From positions 1 through 64,000 of IMG/VR virus record IMGVR_UViG_3300006201_000010: a DNA stretch of 64,000 nt. One strand, 5' to 3'. This document shows, one piece after another, positions 48,057 through 57,078 of this stretch; position 1 is the first letter of the stretch, and each line of letters starts with the position of its first letter. The DNA is from a virus (Duplodnaviria; Caudoviricetes). A program made the translations under genes and the position numbers. The notes under the pieces are model-generated. The model was not told where the DNA came from. It saw only the letters and a list, made by a program, of their open reading frames with translations, and did not search any database.

Positions 48057-48824
48057 TTAGATACCGATTTGGAAATGGGGGCGAAGGTAGTACTCGCCGT
48101 CCGCGCTGTCGTAGTCCGCATAGCCATCGCTGTACACATCGCAGAAGTACACAGCCGAGGCAACCGAGCGAGTCCACTGCCATCTGCCGTACTCTCCGTC
48201 ACGGCAACCCGCAATGCGGTTGCGCCAGTCCTCTTTATAGAGTTCAAACTGTTCGCCCTCCTCGTACATTGCATGAATCTTTCTGCCGTGCAATTCAAAC
48301 TCCGACGGAATGAATACTTTGTCTTCCAAGAATTCTCCGTTGCCTACGTCAATTTTGGTCGGAATTATGTATTTTGCAAGGTCGTCGGGTAGCAACGCAA
48401 GGAAGTCTTCGTTGAGCCACTTGCGAGCAAGTGTCTTTGCATATCCCCCTTTAGTGGTACAACTTTTGTTCATTGCAATTCGCCCGTCGCCGTCGTTTGT
48501 ACCATACAAATCTAAAAGATTAAGAATAACCGCGTTGTCTTTTCTGTGAGTAATTTGTACCGTATAAAACTCACCGTTTTTTAAGGTAATATTCTTTTTT
48601 GCGCCTAAACCTAAAGCCTTTCCACTCTTAGTTTTTAAAATCTCAATAATCTCGTCCCAACTCTTACTGTTAAGGTCTATGGCAATAGCGGGTAGTGGAT
48701 GGTTTACCTCTATGAGCTTACTGCAGGTAGGACACTTTATTGCTGGGATAATATCCGACTCGTCAAATTCCATTGCTGTAAGACAGCCATTACATGTTGT
48801 TACATTCCCTGTGATTACTTTCAT
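48057..48824 (-). CDS. Zinc-ribbon + DUF6273-like C-type-lectin-fold protein; DGR target 2 (early region)
   Basis: N-terminal CxxC...CxxC; W.+...R.WLN..F...LP; KVFIPSEFEL; WTRSV...FC.V...G.A....A....YLRPHF. Confidence 0.8.
   Translation of the reverse strand: MKVITGNVTTCNGCLTAMEFDESDIIPAIKCPTCSKLIEVNHPLPAIAIDLNSKSWDEIIEILKTKSGKALGLGAKKNITLKNGEFYTVQITHRKDNAVILNLLDLYGTNDGDGRIAMNKSCTTKGGYAKTLARKWLNEDFLALLPDDLAKYIIPTKIDVGNGEFLEDKVFIPSEFELHGRKIHAMYEEGEQFELYKEDWRNRIAGCRDGEYGRWQWTRSVASAVYFCDVYSDGYADYDSADGEYYLRPHFQIGI
48078..48161 (-). repeat. DGR variable region VR2
   Basis: Shares all 28 third-codon bases with VR1; flanks are not alignable. Confidence 0.85.
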
Positions 48825-49795
48825 AAATTCTCCTTGTTAAAGTAAATTTCCCTTATTGTTTTTCCGTCCTTGCGCGGCACATAGTCCATGAATTCGCAAG
48901 TTCGGAATAGAATTCTGTTGTTGCACCACCGTTGCAAATCTCTTATGATTTGCGGGGCGGTATTTTTGCGGTAAATTCTTATGTCGGGCAAAAAACCCAG
49001 TTTTCTCACAGCTTGCACACGGTAAAGGTCTTGCTCTATCGTTGTGTTGAAATTTGTTAGTATGTAAACGATTTGCTTACTGTCGCCACCACCAACAATC
49101 TCTTTGTAAACCGAAAGACCTTTAATGATTGCCTTTTCGTTTTTCATAAAGTCGAAAGCGAAGTGCGTCCGCTTTGCCTTAATCTTTTTTAAGAGGTCGG
49201 CAACTTCTCGCGTAATAAATCTCGCATCGAGTCCTTGGTTGAAATTCACGTTCGCCTTACTATCTGCGAGCTGTTGCAGAAGTTCCATTCGGTCTTTGCA
49301 AGCAAGCAGGTTTGCGTCAAGCAGTTCAATATTTTTCTGCCCTTTCCAAAACTCTGACAAATCAGCAACCTTTTGACTGCATATTCCCTCTTTCTTGCTC
49401 ACAATGCAGAAGTCACAGTTGTTACAGCAACCCCGTGTAAGAAAGCCGTAAGCGGTATCCTTAGTGAGTTCGGGGTATAGACTGTAATCGGGGTAAATGT
49501 GTTCTATCTCGTCGGGTAGCACGGGGTCGCGGTCTTTATGGTAAACTTCTTTTCCGTTCTCAACCGTTATTGCAAAACCAGTTCCGCCGTAAACTATTTC
49601 GTCGGCTTGTAAGCAGGAAATCGGCATTTCCGAATACTCGTCGCCAAAAACCTTGCTGACATAGATTTTGTCGTAATGTTTTAAAGGCAATACAAACTCT
49701 ACCGAATCGCCACGCGCCTTGTGCCACGCTGATATTTTCATTAAGGGCAGGTTCGGGAAGTTATGACTATCAACGTCGAATAAACCGATATTCAT
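48821..49795 (-). CDS. Radical SAM protein
   Basis: TRGCCNNCDFC (CxxxCxxC); FPNLPLMKISAWHK phage family N-terminus. Confidence 0.85.
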   Translation of the reverse strand: MNIGLFDVDSHNFPNLPLMKISAWHKARGDSVEFVLPLKHYDKIYVSKVFGDEYSEMPISCLQADEIVYGGTGFAITVENGKEVYHKDRDPVLPDEIEHIYPDYSLYPELTKDTAYGFLTRGCCNNCDFCIVSKKEGICSQKVADLSEFWKGQKNIELLDANLLACKDRMELLQQLADSKANVNFNQGLDARFITREVADLLKKIKAKRTHFAFDFMKNEKAIIKGLSVYKEIVGGGDSKQIVYILTNFNTTIEQDLYRVQAVRKLGFLPDIRIYRKNTAPQIIRDLQRWCNNRILFRTCEFMDYVPRKDGKTIREIYFNKENL

Positions 49796-50427
49796 TAACT
49801 TTCGTCCTTTTTATTTCCGAGCAGTAAGGTTAAACCGTTTGCACCTGCCAGTTTCAAAAACTGTTCCGATGCTTGTCTGTTCTTTAAGGTTTCTTTTATA
49901 CGGGGCATTGCTTTTAAAAATCTGCCCTTTTCAAATACCCTGCTTTCGTTGTCCATTGCCGCAATTTCTCTCAACCCCGATATGTTTACACAATAGGCTT
50001 TAATTTCTTCCGACAGCTCGGACCAGATTTTACTCAACTTTGCCGTTCCGCGCCGATAGCTTTCGTCGCCGTACCTCAAATCACAGCTTGCGTCGTGAGT
50101 TTCATACAATACGCTTACTAACTCTGCCCAAAGTTCTTCGTCGGTCTTTTTGTTCGCGTTTACGAGCTTATCCACCTCGTCAAGAATGTTCTTTATTTTG
50201 GGTGCAAAGTCGGACGTTTTTATTGCATTACTGACAGATTGGAATACTACCTCTCGCGGGTAATCTTTCAAAGTGTCGTACCAGTAAGCAATAAGCAACC
50301 TGCCTTCTTCTTCGCTTTGAAAATTGTACGCATTCTCAAAGTTTGTTCTTATGAGCATTATGAGCTGAGGAATATCTGTTTTTTTAAGGTTTGCCATCGT
50401 TGTTTTCTGTACCGTCGTCGTCCGCAT
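49795..50427 (-). CDS. Replicative helicase loader/inhibitor (G39P-like)
   Basis: Follows the initiator; W...L.DY.......++......FAP.I pattern. Confidence 0.6.
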   Translation of the reverse strand: MRTTTVQKTTMANLKKTDIPQLIMLIRTNFENAYNFQSEEEGRLLIAYWYDTLKDYPREVVFQSVSNAIKTSDFAPKIKNILDEVDKLVNANKKTDEELWAELVSVLYETHDASCDLRYGDESYRRGTAKLSKIWSELSEEIKAYCVNISGLREIAAMDNESRVFEKGRFLKAMPRIKETLKNRQASEQFLKLAGANGLTLLLGNKKDES

Positions 50428-51247
50428 CTTCTTCTGCGGCGGCTTGGTTAAATAGGTTTTTTAATATATCAGTACCACGCTCTCGCGCTGCACCTTTACC
50501 TTTCTTCGTGGAAGGGTTCTCTTTAAAGTCGTTATAATAACCTGTAAGAATTTTCTTATAGTTCTTACAAATCCACCCAAGGTTTTTTGCGAAAGGTCTG
50601 TCCTGTAAGAATGTTTTGCTGTCTTCATAGAATTGAGCAAGTAAGGTAAAGTCTATATCTGAAACTGTACCGTCATACCCGTCAACTGTTATGTTGAACC
50701 TTTCGCAAAACTCTTTCATTCCCACAATCTCGTCGCCTATACGCGCGGGCGCGGGGGGGATAATATCTATATCTTCATCTGCATCTCTATCTGCCTCTAT
50801 TGGAATTTGGTTTGAATTTGGTTGTAATTTTTCCAACCCGTCCCCTGTTCCAAGTTCAGCATTTTGTTTCTGTCTTCGCTTATAAACGTTGTTATATGTT
50901 TCACTTCCGATTGAACCTGCGGCTTGCGGCAAGAACCCGTCGCCGTCATTTTTTTCAATTAAAAGCCCTTGTATCCGAAGATAATTTATCGTTACGCGAA
51001 CGTTTTCTTCGTCTTCGTCCAGCTTGTTAGCCATTTCAGCTTCAAACGTTTCTTCGATTCCCTCGTAGATTAAATATCCGTTACACTCAATACTTAAAAG
51101 CATAAGTTTCAAGTAGATAATCGTGTATGTATCTCCGCCTGCAATACGGCGCAACTTCTTAATGCGCGCGTCGCGGAAAAAGTGTCTGTCGAGCTTTAAC
51201 CAGTAGTACCTTTTGTTGTTAATCTCGTTTCCGTGTGCCATACACAC
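50384..51247 (-). CDS. Phage replisome organiser/replication initiator
   Basis: RYYWLKL...FF.D..IK.LR...GGD.Y..IYLK++L N-terminal domain. Confidence 0.88.
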   Translation of the reverse strand: MCMAHGNEINNKRYYWLKLDRHFFRDARIKKLRRIAGGDTYTIIYLKLMLLSIECNGYLIYEGIEETFEAEMANKLDEDEENVRVTINYLRIQGLLIEKNDGDGFLPQAAGSIGSETYNNVYKRRQKQNAELGTGDGLEKLQPNSNQIPIEADRDADEDIDIIPPAPARIGDEIVGMKEFCERFNITVDGYDGTVSDIDFTLLAQFYEDSKTFLQDRPFAKNLGWICKNYKKILTGYYNDFKENPSTKKGKGAARERGTDILKNLFNQAAAEEDADDDGTENNDGKP

Positions 51248-51368
51248 CTCAAAATTCGTTATTTGGTCGCGGGAAATGCCCCTTTTTCGCGTTTTTCAGC
51301 GGACCGCGACTATTTACCCGCCAAAACCCTTCGTGTCGTAAAGGGGCATTTAAACGCTTAGTTGTTGA

Positions 51369-52472
51369 TTAGTTCTTCTTGTTGAAAAAGGCATCTTCAA
51401 CGGTCTGCTGACCTTTGGTAGATTTGCCTGTTTTCTTGCCTTTCGCCGGGGACTGCTCTGCGCCGTCGGTTTCCGAACCACTTTCTTCGTCTTCGTTGTC
51501 AACGCCTGCTCTCTCAGCCATAGCCGCGATTTCTTCGTCGTTGGGTTCGCCGTCGATAACGATAACGTCGCCAAGGCTTTCTTCGTTCTCGTTTCTGCTG
51601 TCGGAATAATGAATAGGCGCGTCGGGTGAAAGTTCTTCTCTGAAACCGCCGTCCGATTCGTATGCTTTCTGGAAGTCAACGGACATTACGCCCCATTTAC
51701 CGATAAGCTGGCGAATCATAGTCTTTCTCGCCATTCCGTCGAAATCAACGTACCAGAAAGAGCTGTACTTCCAAGCGTCTTCGGGCGGATATTTACCTGC
51801 AAGGTAGTCTTCATATGATACACGCGCAACCTTGGGGTTGTTTGACTTAACCGCGTCGAGCTTGAATGCCTTGCTGTATCTTGCAGCGTGCTGTAACATT
51901 TTCTTCTTTGACCAGTAGATAGCCTTGAAGAAACCGCCGTGCGCTGCGTTGTAACGGAAGAATGCGTAATAGCCGACTGTGGGAGTCTTCTCGCGCTGTT
52001 CGTCGTCTTCAATGGGTCTGAATTCATAAACTTCGTTTATGTTGTCGATTTTTACGACTTCGCCCTCTTTGATTTCAACGACGTTTAACTGCTCGTAATA
52101 GCCCGACCTTTCCGCAAGCTGTACATAACCTTTCCAGCCAAGGACGAAAGTTGCAACCGTGCGGTCATTCTTCTTGTCCTCGAAAGGTAATATGTAGCAG
52201 TGCCCGATAGAAGGCGACATAGAGAGCTTTAAGGCGTTTGCCAAAAGTCCTGCGCTTACAACCGTCGGGAAGTCGCATTTCTGCAACTGGGGATTGACCG
52301 CTACTGCCGAGGAAATGCTACTTATAAACTTTCCCGCCTCGTTCTCGTTACCTATCATTGAAACGATAGAGTTCTTGTTTTCAACCTTCTGCAACCACGC
52401 CGAGAAACGCTTGGGCTGTTCCTGCGGGGCGGGTTGCTGTTGAAGACTTGTTAAAGTGTTCTTACCTGCCAT
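51369..52472 (-). CDS. recT: RecT-family recombinase
   Basis: NP.L..C...++...L....LKLS......YI+PF...A.F.LGWKGYVQLA.RSG; MARKT. Confidence 0.92.
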   Translation of the reverse strand: MAGKNTLTSLQQQPAPQEQPKRFSAWLQKVENKNSIVSMIGNENEAGKFISSISSAVAVNPQLQKCDFPTVVSAGLLANALKLSMSPSIGHCYILPFEDKKNDRTVATFVLGWKGYVQLAERSGYYEQLNVVEIKEGEVVKIDNINEVYEFRPIEDDEQREKTPTVGYYAFFRYNAAHGGFFKAIYWSKKKMLQHAARYSKAFKLDAVKSNNPKVARVSYEDYLAGKYPPEDAWKYSSFWYVDFDGMARKTMIRQLIGKWGVMSVDFQKAYESDGGFREELSPDAPIHYSDSRNENEESLGDVIVIDGEPNDEEIAAMAERAGVDNEDEESGSETDGAEQSPAKGKKTGKSTKGQQTVEDAFFNKKN

Positions 52473-52494
52473 AATGATTTATTCTCCTTAATTT

Positions 52495-53283
52495 TTAGTC
52501 TTCGATTTTTCTGTACTCAATGTTGTTTTCATTGAGGAATGCAGCCAGTTTCTGGAAGTCTTCCGCCGAACCCTTAACTTCAAAACGAATGGTGATTTCG
52601 GTTTCTTCTTCGCCGTCGCTCGTTGCTGTTTTCTGTGCCGCATTCAGTTCCGCAACCTTAGCGCGGTCAGCTTTAAGCCTTTTGTTTTCTTCTATCGTCT
52701 GCGCCAGATTTAAGGTGCGGAAATAGAAAAGTTTCAAGCCGTCCGTATCGTTCGCGCCGAGCGAATCAATGACCGTTAAGTCCTCGCGGATCTTCGCTAT
52801 TTTTTTGTCGATAGCCTTTGTTACTGCCTTGATTTTTGAAGTAGCGTTATACCACTTGGTGTCTTCGATTTTTTCGTAAGGAACGAGGTCTGCAAGGTCG
52901 CCGATAACTTCGTTAAAGTACTTAACTATCTCGGCTTTCTTTTCTGCTTTTACCTTGTTTTCGGCGGTTGTGATTATTTCGCCGATTCTGTCGGTAGCTT
53001 TCGTTACCGCCGCAATTACTTCGTTTACTTCTTCGGTAAACTTATCAAGCGGCGCGGTATAGACTTTCTTAATCTCTAAACGCTTTGAATTCAAAGTCTT
53101 AATGAAATTGTTCAACGCGGTTCTGTCTTCCTTTGCCTGCGAAATATCGTCGCCGTATTCTGCGTTCAGATAACGGGGCAGAATTTCGTTTACCTGAGCC
53201 ATAAGCTCTTTGTTGTTCCAAGCTATCATTGCGGGAATGAGCTTGCTCACGTCGTCCTTTAAGATAAGTTCGAGTTGTGACAT
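52495..53283 (-). CDS. DUF1351-family protein
   Basis: Between YqaJ and RecT; AK.DR..LN..R.EIKK.Y..P...F. Confidence 0.75.
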   Translation of the reverse strand: MSQLELILKDDVSKLIPAMIAWNNKELMAQVNEILPRYLNAEYGDDISQAKEDRTALNNFIKTLNSKRLEIKKVYTAPLDKFTEEVNEVIAAVTKATDRIGEIITTAENKVKAEKKAEIVKYFNEVIGDLADLVPYEKIEDTKWYNATSKIKAVTKAIDKKIAKIREDLTVIDSLGANDTDGLKLFYFRTLNLAQTIEENKRLKADRAKVAELNAAQKTATSDGEEETEITIRFEVKGSAEDFQKLAAFLNENNIEYRKIED

Positions 53284-53319
53284 AGAAATATCTCCTTAAT
53301 AATTTTTAATTATTTTTTT

Positions 53320-54003
53320 TTAAATCGGGGGTAATTTAAGGGGCGGTTCTTTTTTTGCTATCACATATTGCCAGAATTCGTCTTCCGCCTTTTCAAGCAC
53401 TTTGATACTTTCTTCTTCACTGCGTTCAAACTTATATTCTCGTTCCGTGATAACAAGTTTTTTCTTGCCATTCTCGTCGAGCGAATAACTTTTAAAGCGC
53501 ACCTTTAATATGTAAAAGTCCCAGCCTGTCGTACTCAGATAATGAAGTATTTGACAGTAATAGTAGTCTGGTATTTTGTCGTCCCACTGCTCCCAAGCCT
53601 TTCGGCTGTTCGGCTCAGTATGCTTGATTTCAAGTCCACCCTTGCGCCCGGTGGCTTTTTCAATAAGCCCACCGTCAACCGATGCGAATCGGTGTCCGCG
53701 TTTGAATACTGTGTCCTTATAGTCAACGAATTCATATTCGTCCGCATGCTCAATAGCGAATAACTGTGCAATAGGGTCTTCCGCCAAAGAACCTTCTTCC
53801 ATTCGTTTGTTGGTTTTAAATGACGACTGCACCAAGCCAACCTTTTCTTTCCAAAGGTCTGTGTTCTTTTTCCAAGGGCTTAACCCAAGAACCGCCGCCG
53901 CGTCGCTACCGCCTATCCCTTTTGTGCGAAGCGCGTACCATTCGGGCGACTTATATTTGATTTTTAATTCTTCAACTACCTTTTCCATTTCTTTACCTGA
54001 CAC
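53320..54003 (-). CDS. YqaJ-like viral exonuclease
   Basis: W...R..GIGGSDAAAVLGLSPW; ASVDG; LEIK; QILHY. Confidence 0.92.
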   Translation of the reverse strand: MSGKEMEKVVEELKIKYKSPEWYALRTKGIGGSDAAAVLGLSPWKKNTDLWKEKVGLVQSSFKTNKRMEEGSLAEDPIAQLFAIEHADEYEFVDYKDTVFKRGHRFASVDGGLIEKATGRKGGLEIKHTEPNSRKAWEQWDDKIPDYYYCQILHYLSTTGWDFYILKVRFKSYSLDENGKKKLVITEREYKFERSEEESIKVLEKAEDEFWQYVIAKKEPPLKLPPI

Positions 54004-54260
54004 GCAATTCCAGTGCTTTCGGCTTCCATAAGTCCGTAATTGTGCCAGAATTCATCCCACCATTCGGTTGAAAGTCCACCCTTTGAAAAGTGCTCAAAGG
54101 CTCTATGCGGTGCTTGGTTAGCTATATAATCAAGGCTCTTGTGCCTTGCTTCAATGGCGGTATATACCGCACTACTGATAGGCTTTCTTCTTGTTTTAAT
54201 CTTAATGGTGGGCTGCTTGATTATTTTTACAAAAATTATTTGAAACATTGTTTTGCTCAC
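53976..54260 (-). CDS. Hypothetical protein
   Basis: 94 aa ORF. Confidence 0.4.
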   Translation of the reverse strand: MSKTMFQIIFVKIIKQPTIKIKTRRKPISSAVYTAIEARHKSLDYIANQAPHRAFEHFSKGGLSTEWWDEFWHNYGLMEAESTGIACQVKKWKR

Positions 54261-54270
54261 TTGAAAGTTT

Positions 54271-55272
54271 TTATTTTATGCCGCTATCGGCACCCTGATT
54301 AAAGAGGTTAATCTGTGTACCCCCCCCCGCGACTCTCTTTTTGATAATGGGAATGTATTCGGGGGAAAGTTCTATGAGAATGAAATCTCTGCCGTTTTCC
54401 TTTGCTACTTCGCCAGTAGTCCCACTGCCTGCAAACGGGTCAAGCACCGTTCCGCCCACTCTACTGCCCGCAAGAATGCAGGGTTTGATTAAGTCTTTCG
54501 GGAATGTTGCGAAGTGTGCACCTTTGAATGGTTTAGTGGTTACGTCCCAAACGTCGCGTTTGCGCCGTGTGGGTCTGAAATCGTAAGCGTGTCCACTCTT
54601 TGTTCTGTAAAACTTATCGGGGTTCTCGGTGTATTTCTTACCGCCGTATCGAGGTAATTTTTCACCAGTCTGTTCCGTCGGCTCTTTAAAACGTTTTGAC
54701 GTATAGTCAACAACTGGTTCTTCAATAGCCTTGTAATCGAAGTAGTAATGCGCCGATTTTGAAAGCAAGAAAATGTATTCGTGCGATTTGGTACAGCGGT
54801 CCGTAACGCTTTCAGGCATAGGGTTTGGTTTGTGCCAAATTATGTCCTGCCGTAAATACCAGCCGTCCGCCCTTAGTGCAAGAGCAAGCAACCAAGGAAT
54901 ACCCATTAAGTCTTTCGGTTTCATTCCAAGAGAAGAAGGCTTTATAAGTTCGTGCTTATGTGTTCCGAGAATGCCTTTGTTTGTTGCTTGTATCTTTGCA
55001 AGCGGAGTCGTTTGTCCTTTACCTTTTCCGCTACCCGCGTAACTGTCCGCTATGTTGACCCATAATGTGCCGTCAGACTTTAAAACGCGCCGAACTTCGC
55101 GGAATATATCAACGAGCTTTTCTATGTACTCGTCAACCGTCTTTTCAAGCCCGATTTGCCCCTCTACGCCGTAATCTCTCAACTGAAAGTATGGCGGTGA
55201 GGTTACACAGCAATCAACGCTGTTTGACGGTATAGTTTTAAGTTTTTCAAGAGCTTCGCCTTGTATAATCAC
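54271..55272 (-). CDS. DNA methyltransferase, N4-C type (beta class), with in-frame G9 (54320-54328) before C-terminal QINLF
   Basis: TSPPY, HFATFP, DPFAGSGTT. Confidence 0.9.
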   Translation of the reverse strand: MIIQGEALEKLKTIPSNSVDCCVTSPPYFQLRDYGVEGQIGLEKTVDEYIEKLVDIFREVRRVLKSDGTLWVNIADSYAGSGKGKGQTTPLAKIQATNKGILGTHKHELIKPSSLGMKPKDLMGIPWLLALALRADGWYLRQDIIWHKPNPMPESVTDRCTKSHEYIFLLSKSAHYYFDYKAIEEPVVDYTSKRFKEPTEQTGEKLPRYGGKKYTENPDKFYRTKSGHAYDFRPTRRKRDVWDVTTKPFKGAHFATFPKDLIKPCILAGSRVGGTVLDPFAGSGTTGEVAKENGRDFILIELSPEYIPIIKKRVAGGGTQINLFNQGADSGIK

Positions 55273-57074
55273 GCAGCCACCTTTTTCTTGCGCTTTCCCT
55301 GCGCCGACGCGGTTTTATCGAATTCCAGATTAAGGTCTTTCATTGTCGGTATATTGTTATCAACTACCGCAAGTTCAGGTACATTCGCTTTAACGAGAGC
55401 CGTAGCAACGGGCGGACATACCGCATTTCCGAGCCTTGCAATTTGTTTGGATTTGTTGTACGCTTTGCCGATTTTACTTTCTATGTCAATGCAGTAATCA
55501 GCGGGGAAGCCTTGGGTGAGTTTCAGTTCTTCGGGTTCAAGCATTCTCATTCCAACGTCGGAAATAAAATACTGTACGCCATTGATTTCAAAAATGAGAA
55601 GTTCGTCCTCGGCTATGTTGTAACCTGCATAGTTGTTCAGTAATTCGCGGACCTCGTTCCACTTTCCGAGATTTTTCGTATCGCCAACTTTCTGCAGATA
55701 AGTGCTTACTAATACTTCGTGTCCTTTCGCTGTTACCGTAGGGAATTGCTCTCTCAAATCAGAGCATCCCATGTGATTACGCAATACACATAAATGCTGT
55801 TCGACGAGATAGTGACGAGGCTCAACCGTTACTGTCGGCAGTGGTTTATCGGGACTGCTTGCGTGGTCTGCGCCGCCGTAATAGTGCACGATATTTGCCG
55901 TCATAAGGTGTTCGTGATTTGTGCCCGTAACAGTGGGTGCGGGTTCACTCATACTGCTACCCCTTCCGTCTGCGCCGTCGCCGTATCTGCTTGAAAGGTT
56001 GACAGAAACCAGCGCATTATGGTCAACCCCCGTTACAGTCGGAGCAGGTTCGTTTATGTCTGCCCCTTTCTGGTGCTCACCGCTGAAATGTTTCGCCAGA
56101 TATTTAGCCGCAAACTTGGGTTCGATAAGGTAATGGTGATTTGCCGAAGTTTGCGTCGACATAGGCTTGTTCGGGTCTTGCGCCGTATTCGAGTAGTTCA
56201 TTTCCATAATGAACGGCTGAGGGCTTTTAATTACAAACTTATCAAGTCCGCGCGCGATTCTGCGCAATGTGTTGACCGCAAGCCCTTTCTTTCTGTCGAA
56301 AATTGAGGGACATTTTAGCAGCCAGTTAATACAGTCGGCGGCTGTTCTGTAAGGCTCTAAGCCCTCACTCTCGCCGTGTGTAGGCGCGGGCCACACGATA
56401 GGCTTTTTGTCGCAACGAGCAATAAGGTAGAAACGCTTTCTTATTGTGGGCGCGCCGTAATCGCAGGCTTTAAGCACTTTCCATTCGACTTCGTAACCGA
56501 GCGCGCGCAGTTGCTCAACAAATCTGTTGAATGTCTGCCCGGCGCGTTTTTTATCGGGTTCAAACTGCTGCTGTTCTGCCGAAAGCACTTCGCCTTTTTC
56601 GGCGGTTATGTACTTAGTTTTGCCTCCCACTTTTATGATTTCTTTTACACAGCGTCCATTTACGCGAATAGGCTTTAAGGGTCCCCAAGTCGTAAATTCT
56701 TCGACGTTTTCAAGAATGATTACACGGGGACGGACCATTCCAGCCCATTTGAGCGCAATCCACGCAAGACCGCGTATATTCTTCTTGACGGGCGTATTAC
56801 CTTTCGCTTTGGAAAAGTGGGTGCAGTCGGGCGAAAGCCACATAAGACCTACGGATCGCCCTTGCGTAATTTCTTTCGGGTTTACACCCCACACGTCTTC
56901 CATAAGGTGTTGCGTGTAAGGGTGATTAACTCCGTGCATTGCTATTGCATCGGGGTTGTGGTTTATCGCAACGTCAACAGGCACACCGAGCGCAAGTTCT
57001 ATTCCCGTGCTTGCGCCGCCGCCGCCAGCGAAGTTGTCAACTATCATTTCACGCAGAAGGTTGTCTTGATACAT
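55269..57074 (-). CDS. dcm: Large C5-cytosine methyltransferase with repeated variable-region modules
   Basis: DNFAGGGG, SPDCTHFS, ENVEEF, TIRKR, GNAV; five P.(P/S)T(V/Q)T modules. Confidence 0.88.
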   Translation of the reverse strand: MYQDNLLREMIVDNFAGGGGASTGIELALGVPVDVAINHNPDAIAMHGVNHPYTQHLMEDVWGVNPKEITQGRSVGLMWLSPDCTHFSKAKGNTPVKKNIRGLAWIALKWAGMVRPRVIILENVEEFTTWGPLKPIRVNGRCVKEIIKVGGKTKYITAEKGEVLSAEQQQFEPDKKRAGQTFNRFVEQLRALGYEVEWKVLKACDYGAPTIRKRFYLIARCDKKPIVWPAPTHGESEGLEPYRTAADCINWLLKCPSIFDRKKGLAVNTLRRIARGLDKFVIKSPQPFIMEMNYSNTAQDPNKPMSTQTSANHHYLIEPKFAAKYLAKHFSGEHQKGADINEPAPTVTGVDHNALVSVNLSSRYGDGADGRGSSMSEPAPTVTGTNHEHLMTANIVHYYGGADHASSPDKPLPTVTVEPRHYLVEQHLCVLRNHMGCSDLREQFPTVTAKGHEVLVSTYLQKVGDTKNLGKWNEVRELLNNYAGYNIAEDELLIFEINGVQYFISDVGMRMLEPEELKLTQGFPADYCIDIESKIGKAYNKSKQIARLGNAVCPPVATALVKANVPELAVVDNNIPTMKDLNLEFDKTASAQGKRKKKVAA

Positions 57075-57078
57075 AGCA

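Noticed and set aside
49405-49435. GCAGAAGT match to the VR as a third DGR target
   Set aside because: It encodes the radical SAM CxxxCxxC motif; similarity does not extend.
50753-50759. G7 run (plus strand) in the replisome organiser as a switch
   Set aside because: Short, opposite polarity to the other tracts, in frame, encodes an ordinary Pro-Pro linker.
57015-57030. GGC repeat in the large C5 MTase as a contingency repeat
   Set aside because: Triplet repeat encoding the conserved Gly-rich SAM-binding motif I.
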